Virus record (IMG/VR): IMGVR_UViG_3300025103_000063
Coordinates: 1 to 37,915 of that record
Strand: one strand, 5' to 3'
Source: a virus
Taxonomy: Duplodnaviria > Caudoviricetes
Length of the DNA: 37,915 nt
Both the position numbers and the translations under genes were made by a program. The notes beneath the pieces are model-generated. The model was not told where the DNA came from and searched no databases. It saw nothing but the letters and a program-made list of their open reading frames with translations. Of the stretch, positions 16,149 to 24,700 are shown one piece after another. Position 1 is the first letter of the stretch. Each line of letters starts with the position of its first letter.

Positions 16149-17198
16149 TTAATAAGGTGTTGTAGGATCGCCGTCAAGTCCGCCTGCTTGAAGAAAACTT
16201 GCGCCATAATTACCTCCATATTGCCCACTAGCAGGGCTTGAAAAAATATTTGGAGTGCTATAAGCTGGCAGCTCACCACCTGGTGCCATTGTTAAATTAG
16301 AAGTTGATGGGCCTTTCAAAAAGTCAAACTCACCGCCAGCGTAAGCGCTACCAAAAGCACTAAACATTTGTCCGAACGCTGCAGATTGATCTGCTCTAGC
16401 TTTATTCAAACCTTGCATTGTAGATGTTGCTGTATCTGCTGACAAGCCGTACATTTGAGCTATACGGTTTTGTTCTTGTTGCTCTACGTATTGTTGGCCT
16501 TTTCTTCTAAGCATGTCTGCTTGGAATCTTCCAGATCGTTGCATCTCGTCAATTCTAGCGGCTTCTGTTGCAGTAAGACCTTGCAGCCTAGCTCTTTCAC
16601 CAGCTTGCAAGCCTTCGAGTCTAGAGGTCTCACCTAATCTAGCCGCTTGTAAGTTAGCTGCTTGACCTCTTTCTGCCATTTGATTTGCTCTTTCTTGTTG
16701 TGATATGCTAGCCGCAGATTGTTGTGCTTGCTGAGTGCCAGCCATAGCTAAGCTTTGAGCTAGACCTCCAATACCGCTAGCGCCAGCCACGCCACCTAAA
16801 CTACTTAGTATGTTTGCTTGAGATTGTTGTGATTGCTGCTTAGCAAAGTCCGCTGCTCTTGTATCTACTCTAAGATCTTCGTATATATTTTCCGCTCCTT
16901 CATAAACATTTTGCAAGCCGGCATATTGGTTTTCTAAACCAGCGTATTGATTTTGCATGTTTTCGTAAGGGCTTTGTAGACCAGCGTAAGGGTTTGTAAA
17001 TTCTAAATCCATATACTGCTCTCTCATTTCTTCTAAACGAGCTTGAGCATCACGGTTTTGCTTAGCCATTCTTTTTCTAGCTTTACGCTTTCCAAAAAAA
17101 CCTAACACCGCGGTTCCAAGCTGAATAGCCGTAAAAGGTTCCATCTTTAACGGACTAGCTTTTTTCTTGAAAGGTGATTTTAAACCTTTTATTGCCAT
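16149..17198 (-). CDS. Putative ejection/pilot protein (349 aa)
   Basis: Short hydrophobic segment then a basic patch, Gln/Ala-rich helices, glycine-zipper-like LSSLGGVAGASGIGGLAQSLA, and six NxYxxL-type heptads. Confidence 0.55.
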   Translation of the reverse strand: MAIKGLKSPFKKKASPLKMEPFTAIQLGTAVLGFFGKRKARKRMAKQNRDAQARLEEMREQYMDLEFTNPYAGLQSPYENMQNQYAGLENQYAGLQNVYEGAENIYEDLRVDTRAADFAKQQSQQSQANILSSLGGVAGASGIGGLAQSLAMAGTQQAQQSAASISQQERANQMAERGQAANLQAARLGETSRLEGLQAGERARLQGLTATEAARIDEMQRSGRFQADMLRRKGQQYVEQQEQNRIAQMYGLSADTATSTMQGLNKARADQSAAFGQMFSAFGSAYAGGEFDFLKGPSTSNLTMAPGGELPAYSTPNIFSSPASGQYGGNYGASFLQAGGLDGDPTTPY

Positions 17199-17239
17199 AA
17201 TATTATATTTTATCTATTTATAGTTACATTTTACAGCAG

Positions 17240-17566
17240 TTATTTACTGCTTTCAACCACTTCAGACCCTATTGAAAACAACTCTTGAGGAGCAGTGGAG
17301 TTTGTTGTAAACTTAAATTCAGAATAATATCCTTTTATTCCAGACTTGTTTACTTGGTTATTTTTCTTGAACATTATATAGTCTTGGTTAGACACGCCGT
17401 TGCCTGAGCCTTCTACGTCTATATAGCTAGGCGCAACACTTATTATTTTACCTATGTGTATAGGTGCGTTTAAGTTGCCTCCTGCATCTTCAGTAGAATA
17501 ATAAGCATGATCACCTATTTGAACTGATACGTTTTGATTTGTTGTACTTATTCTTATTCTTACCAT
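17240..17566 (-). CDS. Tail-associated protein resembling the C-terminal piece of nozzle/stabilisation proteins (108 aa)
   Basis: NVSVQIGD..YY and FKKNNQVNKSGIKGYYSEFKF...ELFSIGSEVVESSK. Confidence 0.5.
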   Translation of the reverse strand: MVRIRISTTNQNVSVQIGDHAYYSTEDAGGNLNAPIHIGKIISVAPSYIDVEGSGNGVSNQDYIMFKKNNQVNKSGIKGYYSEFKFTTNSTAPQELFSIGSEVVESSK

Positions 17567-17576
17567 AGTGTATATA

Positions 17577-18788
17577 TTACGATGCTGACCCGTGAGTTAT
17601 TAAAGTAGCTAGATCTAAGTATACTGTTACATCTTCTGAAGGATATTGATCTATAGTTACAGTTCCTGCAAATCTAGACGTGTCTGAAAAAGTATATGTT
17701 CTTTCGTCTACAGCTCTAAACGTAAGAGTTTCTCCTCCTGAAAAGTTTTGCGGATGAGTTACTATCATCGAGCCTTGTGTTGCGCTAGCACTAACGCTTG
17801 TCACCGTGTTTGTAGAAGAATTATCTACGTTTGTGCCCGTGTACTTTACTTCGTCACCTCCTGAAATGTGATAAGTTCCATTTAAATTTATAGTTGTTGC
17901 ATTAACATGAGAGCCTCTTACAGTGGTTGTAGGTGAAGTGATTGCTTGAAGACTGATTTTATTTAACGTAAAACCTAACCCTGTAGCTGCTTGTATATCA
18001 CTAGCAATTGTGTGAAACGTTAGAGTTACGCCATCATCAAACGACTGACCTGTCGAACCGCTTAAAGTAATCTGCTTAGTAGCTGTATCTATAAGCTTTA
18101 TAACAGGCGTTCCATTTAAAGAACCGCTACTTACACTAACAAGAACAGATCCTACGGTAATATTAGAGATGTCGTCTAAAACAACAGTCAAAGAATTGCT
18201 AGTTGACCCGTTTACAGTATGTGTTTTTATAGTCTTAAACAGTTTTTCGTTGTAAGCTTTAGGATCAAAAATAGTGAAAAACCCAAAACCATCAGCATCA
18301 GTGTCTACATTTTCTACCGTCCAATCTATTGAAACAGGCGTAGAAGTTGTACTAGCAGGAGACCCTGTAGATGCTATGCTGCTAGGAAAAGTTTTATATT
18401 TACTAGGGTTTAAAGAATCTATTAAAGCAAGCGTTACTGTAGTATTACCTAGTTGATTTATTCTTTTGTTTATTACGCTGCCGCTACTAGTTGTAGTAGT
18501 ATCAGTATCTGGTATTAACAAGACGTTGTAGCTTGCTCCAGCAACAGCAGGAAACTTTATAAAACCACCATATATAGTAGAACTCATTGTTATGTTAGAA
18601 GCAGAGTTTATAGTAAAATTTTCAGTAAATGTATTTGTAGAAAAGTTATAAAACTGCCTAGAGTTATTAGAAACTATTATTTGAAATTTAGAGCCAACGT
18701 CTCCTCTAACTTCAAACTGACGAACAGCACCCGTCTCTAATATGTCAGAAATGTCAACGTTTAGTATTGTGATTATTTTCTTATCCAT
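17577..18788 (-). CDS. Ser/Thr-rich beta-structured tail protein (403 aa)
   Basis: Two related modules, TVNGSTSNSLTVVLD...GVTLTF and TVRGSHVNATTINLN...GETLTF; lies within the tail cluster. Confidence 0.55.
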   Translation of the reverse strand: MDKKIITILNVDISDILETGAVRQFEVRGDVGSKFQIIVSNNSRQFYNFSTNTFTENFTINSASNITMSSTIYGGFIKFPAVAGASYNVLLIPDTDTTTTSSGSVINKRINQLGNTTVTLALIDSLNPSKYKTFPSSIASTGSPASTTSTPVSIDWTVENVDTDADGFGFFTIFDPKAYNEKLFKTIKTHTVNGSTSNSLTVVLDDISNITVGSVLVSVSSGSLNGTPVIKLIDTATKQITLSGSTGQSFDDGVTLTFHTIASDIQAATGLGFTLNKISLQAITSPTTTVRGSHVNATTINLNGTYHISGGDEVKYTGTNVDNSSTNTVTSVSASATQGSMIVTHPQNFSGGETLTFRAVDERTYTFSDTSRFAGTVTIDQYPSEDVTVYLDLATLITHGSAS

Positions 18789-18798
18789 AACTTATCTT

Positions 18799-21700
18799 TT
18801 ACTCTGGAGCTTCTTCACTGATTGATGTTACTAATGACGCGATGCCTAATCCTTGAACGTTAAATCCTGAGGTGTCAATAACATCATTAGTTTGAAACTC
18901 ACCTTTTATATAGTTAAAATATTTGTTTTCTTTTTCAACAAAACTATTTATTGAGCCAGACTCTATGTTAGTATATATATAATCTAAATTCCAACCGCTA
19001 GTTCCTTCGTAGTTAATTGTTTTAAAGTTTTTAACTATAGAAGGAGAGTCATTAAAAACAGCTACAACGCTAGAAGGCTCGGGGTTTTGATTATAAAAAG
19101 TGTTTATACTTGCTTCAGCGTGATAATGCTTGTAAAGCTTGCCGTCTTTAAGAGTGTAGTAGTTTTTAGATAAGCTTAATCCTGACTCAGGAATAAAAGA
19201 CTTAAAACTCACCCATCCTTTAACGTCTTCGCTATACGAAAGAGTTTGAACGGCCGCTACATTAGCGTTTACTCTTTTAAATTTAATACTGCTTATTAAA
19301 GCTTGCGTATTTGCGCTAGGCTTTAAAACTAAAGTGTTAACTAAATCAGCAGATCCTTCGATTAGAACTTCATCGCCAATTGTAAACGTGTTGTTAAAGT
19401 TCGTAGAATCTACTTCAGCGTCATCATCACCTATTCTAACTGTAAAGCCTTGACCTTCGGTGTTGTAGTAATAAACGTCTATAAAACCACTCGTTATACT
19501 ATAATCTATATCTAAATTATACTGTTGTCCACTAGGTATTTCTTCTGCTAAAGCTTGAGATACGTACGCGTTAGTACTTTGCACTGTATTAAACTCTATT
19601 TGACCGTCCTCAAAGAAAACTTCAGGAGATTCAGAGGCATTAAAACCTCCAAAAGACCAAGACTCTATTGATCCGCCTGTAAATAAATTTGTGTTTGACT
19701 GTACAGAAGCGTTTTCTAACTTACCTACACCTCCTGTTGCTTCTATAGGATAAAAGAACAATCTATTTGAGTTGCTTACTGTCGCGCTAGCATCAACAGT
19801 TAAACTAGCATCTCCAGTAAATCCTTCAGGAGTGTTTACAGCAATAAAACTATTATTAGAAAAGTCTACTGAAAAAGTGTACAGTCCTGGTTCGTTGATA
19901 TTATCTATAACAAATCGTACAGACTCCCCTGACTCGTTAGTGTTACTTACAAATCCAGCTGTAAAACTTCCGCTAAATTGATCAGCAGAAAGAGGGCCTA
20001 TGTTGTCAAACGTAAAAGAAAACGTATAAGACCCTTCAAGAAAGTCTACTTCATCTACATTGAAAATATGTTTAAAAGTGTTCTCTTCAGCGTCTACAAA
20101 GCTAGCAGGGATATTCCAGTTATAGCCACCGTTAGCGTAGTACGCTCTATTTTCTTGAAGAGCATGTACAGGTTGAGTGTTAGGCAACACGTTAGCTGAC
20201 CAACCTTCAGGTATACTACTGTTGTTTTCAGGTAAAGTTATATCTATAAAGTTTATTCTATTTACTATAACTTCGATGCCATAAAACTGTACTCGCACAG
20301 CGTTGTCTGTTCCCATTTGAGAATTTTCATCAAACTGAAAAACACCTCTAAAAGCATGTGTGCCATCGCCGTACTCACCTGTTTCCATAGGTACTAGTCT
20401 AAGACCATTCATATGGTGGCTTGCCTTACCTATATAACCATTTGGTAAAGCCGCTGACGCTCCGGGTATAGAAGAATCGTTATGCTGAACTCCGCTTGTA
20501 GCACTAGCTGCGCTTGCTGTAAACGATTGAAAAACGTGCTGTATATACATGCCGTAATTATAATTATTTAATTCAAAACCTGGATTTAAAGAAGGCGTGT
20601 ACTCTACGTCTATTAAATACCAGTTGCCATGAACTAAAGCGGTGCCGCTTGTTATGTCTTGAGAGATTAAGCCGCTACTAGTGCCGCCTGGATGCAGAAC
20701 GTAAACTTTATTTTGAGCTGTAGTTATTTCATCTGTACCTTGCATTACGTTGCCTTGGTTTAAAGTAACTCCATCAAACTCTGTTATAGCTGTGTTTGCT
20801 ACACCCATTGTGCCTGAGGAAACACTGTTGTCATTTCCAACATACCATTGAGCTGTTGTTCCGTTGTTTAACGATACGGCCTCTGAAAGCGTCGGTAAGT
20901 TTATCGAGCCGTAGTAATCTTCAGCTCCATAAAACTGATTTATAGTTCCTAAATCACCTATAGTAAAAGTCCATCCGCCACCATCGATAGCATAGTCTAC
21001 AGCGGTGAAAGCTAATTGATTGCCATTGCCTGAGTTAGGATTTCCATAAACACCAGGCACTGCTTCAGCAGCCTGTATAAATGGCTGGCCTGTTACAGGA
21101 TCTATTTGATCTTGGCCTAGTACAAAGCTTTGCCCAAGGTCTTGAATAGCAGATGTTTTATATATTTCTACTCTGTTTATAACTAAAGTGTCGTCAAGAT
21201 TGTTTAAATCTACTCTAATATCTACTTGTAGATTATCTACGACTACAGTTGGCTCCATAGATTGAACAAACTTGTATTGAACAGAAACAGAGTTTACATC
21301 TATTCCAGCTGAGTTTTCTGCTAATGGAACTGTAGTAATAGCAGCGTTGTTAGCTTGGTAACCAAGAAATACTTGACCCGCAGAATCACTCACAGTTTGC
21401 TCGGGGTACATAAACGTGGTATAAGGGTTTGTGTTTGTAGCTGTTTCAAGCCCAGCAGGAGCACCAGTTGGTATATTGCTAGAATCTCTTAATATAGAAT
21501 TGTTGACAAAGCTACCTGTAACTCCATCTCTTAATCTTATTTGAATTTCTGGCTCGTTATCACTGTAACTCGCAACATTAGTACCATAATATACTACTAT
21601 TTTTATTTCTTCGCCATTAAATATAGTCATGTTAGTAGCCGTAGGATTAGCCGCTAAAACAGGGGCCGCTACGTAGTCGTTAGGTATAGTGTCTCCTGAT

Positions 21701-24700
21701 ATAACGTTTCCAGGAAGTAAAATACCCCCTAAAACTGATTCACTCGGATTATCGTGAGTAAAGTTGATACCAGGGTAATAATGATAGTCTCGATCGCCAA
21801 ACCCCGTTGAAACAAAGTAATTGTCCGTTTCGTCACTCCAAAATATACGATTATAATTAAAATCAAGTAAACCTCCCCAAGATTCTTCTACACCTGTTTC
21901 ACCTACTAAAAGCAAACCTGTTGGATTGTTTGTAGAATCTACAGATATAAATTGAGAATAAGTGTCACTGTAAAATCTTTGAAACTGACCGTCAAAACCG
22001 CTGGCATAGCCGCTTCCACTTGACAAAAAAGGATTTCCGTCTACATTTTGTCTATATGAAAACATTATTTCACCAGCGCTACCGGAGTTCGTAAAAAACT
22101 CTGGAAAAGCAGCGTCTTGACCTTCTACTCCTGCTTGACCGGCTTCAGCAGTTATTTCTTCTTGACCTTGAACCTCTGCTTGGTAGAATTGAGTGTTTAT
22201 AGCTGGAAAATGTGTTATTGTTGCTTCAGCTCTAAAACCAGTGTTATTTAAGTACTGGTACTGAGAGTAATAATCGCTAACAGTGCCTCCAAAGTTATAA
22301 TCAACACCGCCGTTTAACCCGGCGTTTTCAACTATTTCATTAGTCGAAGTAACAGGTGTTACGTCTACTCCTTCAGATATGTAAGAGTTAGCTAGAACGT
22401 TGTTAAACGAAGGGTTTAATATAGTTACATTATATTGCTTCTTGTACTCATCATAAGTGCCTAGTATTTTACCGGCATTAAGCATGTTGTCCCTAAAAAA
22501 GTCTTTCATGCCAGCGTCTGAAATAGGTGTTAACCCGTCCATTGAAAGCCGCAGTATAGCTCTTCTTTGTTTGTCAGCAAAGTATGCTCTATAAGATTCT
22601 TTAGCAAAAGACTCAGGGTTTTTAGATATACCAAAATCACCTACAAAAGGATTAACTTGACCTAAAACATTTTCAGTAGCTACAAGCTGAGGATTACCAT
22701 CAGCATTAAATATAGCGTCTTTATTTGCTAATATTCTTAACACTTTATCCTCGCAAAACGCTACTAAGTCAGAGTCTCTTGTATAAAGCTTTTGTATACT
22801 GCCATAAGTAGGGTTAACATCTTTAGTTATTTTCTCTGCTTGTATAAACTGATTTAAGTTGTTTACACCGTTAGTTGAGTTGTATATACCAGAGTATATT
22901 AAACCGTACTTTCTATTTTCTTCAGAATAAGGTTCTTCTATTGTAGAAGAGGCTCTAGCTCCATTTAAAATAAACGGTGCGTTAAAATCGTCTCTTATTC
23001 TGTTTGATTCAATACCATTACCAAAAGATATACAGTTGTTCCAAGACAAACCAAAGTCTACGCTAGTGTCAACAAACTTAGACACGTTAAACGCAATCCT
23101 ATACCCAGCGTCAAATTCATTTTGTTGATTTTCGTAACTTTGACCTATTATAGCTGTAGTGTAACCGCCGTCAGGCCTGTAAAATCTTACTTCTTGATTA
23201 GAGTAATCTATTATGTCTTGATTAGCATTTAGGTAGTTAAACCCAAATGTTTCAGCATTGTTTTCATGTCTTACTAAAAAGTGAAGTTGATCTCCATCTA
23301 AGTTCCACTGCCTAACGTACACGTTTTGTGTTATTTGCTTTTTACCGTGTCTAGCTGCTGGTAAATTTGGAAACTCCACTCTACAACCTCTTGGACAAAA
23401 CATTTCAGCAGAGTCAACATCTAATAGCAAAGGAATAGCTTGACTAGCTTCATAAAATATGTTTAAGTCAGCAGACTGTTTAGGCTTTGTTTCAAAAACA
23501 GCTGGTGTATTTATTTTTAAAGCAGATAATGCTTGCGTTTTTTCGTCAACAAATTCTATAGTAGTAGGCGTTTCAGCGTCTGGAAAGCCAATGCCGCCTT
23601 GCACTGGGTTAAAGCTTGACGAAGCGCCTGTTGGATCTTTATCTAGCTCTATAATGTAACATACTCTTCTATTGTTCGCTTTACCAAAAGCTTCGATAGC
23701 AGCTTTTAAAGCGTCTCCATTGGCTACGTTAGTTGTATCGGCCGCCCAAGCTAAAGCTTTTTCTTCAACACTTTTACCGTCGAGGTAAGGCAAGCCAGCT
23801 ACACGTTGATGTCTGGTTCTCCAAGAAGTGTGATTGTATATACGCTTTACGCTAACATTAAGTATAGTGTAAAGATCATTAGTAGTGTCATCAGAAAACT
23901 TAAACTTAGAACCAATTTTTATATTTTCAACAAACTCCTTTATAACGCCATCTGGATCACCATTGACGTTAAAAGTTGGGTCCCACTGTCTTTCGTGCAG
24001 TTCTCTATAGTTTAAATCATATCCTTTACCTATCCCTGGGCCAGGTGCTGGCATGCCAATAGCAGAGTCTGTTTGATCGTAACTACCTTCAAACTCTACA
24101 TAAACCCCTTCTTTTATAAAAACTCCTCCTCCCCATATTCCCTGCATGTCTTTAGCAAGACTTTGAAGTCCAGTGGCTGTAGAAGTTGCTAGTCCACTAT
24201 TATCTGTCCAGTTTGAAGAGTGTAAGTTTTTTCCAGGAGCTAAAAAAGAAATATGCATAAAGACTTTACCTGTTTCTTCTCCATAAGAATCTTCAAAGCT
24301 AACGTCAAATACGCTATCTTGTTTCCACTGTTTAGATCCTCCTTCTATGTAGCTTGTGTTAGTGGTAACTATTCCAGGCAGACCATTCATTACGTTGCTA
24401 GCAGAAAAATCATCTTCGTCATACTGTTGCTCTGTACTAATAACGTCTGGAGACCAAGGTATATCCGTAGTGTTGTTCCAAACCGCTTTTGGATATGACA
24501 CGGGATTACCTCTCCAACCTTGACCCGCTTCTTTAGCGTAATAAGAATCAGAAGGGTTAGAGTCCGTCAAATACATGTTATCTATAAAAAACGTAGGTCC
24601 TGTTTCACCTAAAATATCTGACCAATGACTTGAAGCGTCTGCTAACTCATTAGCTGCCGCGTCTATAAGTTCTTGAACAGTAGTGTCTGGAGTATTCGCG

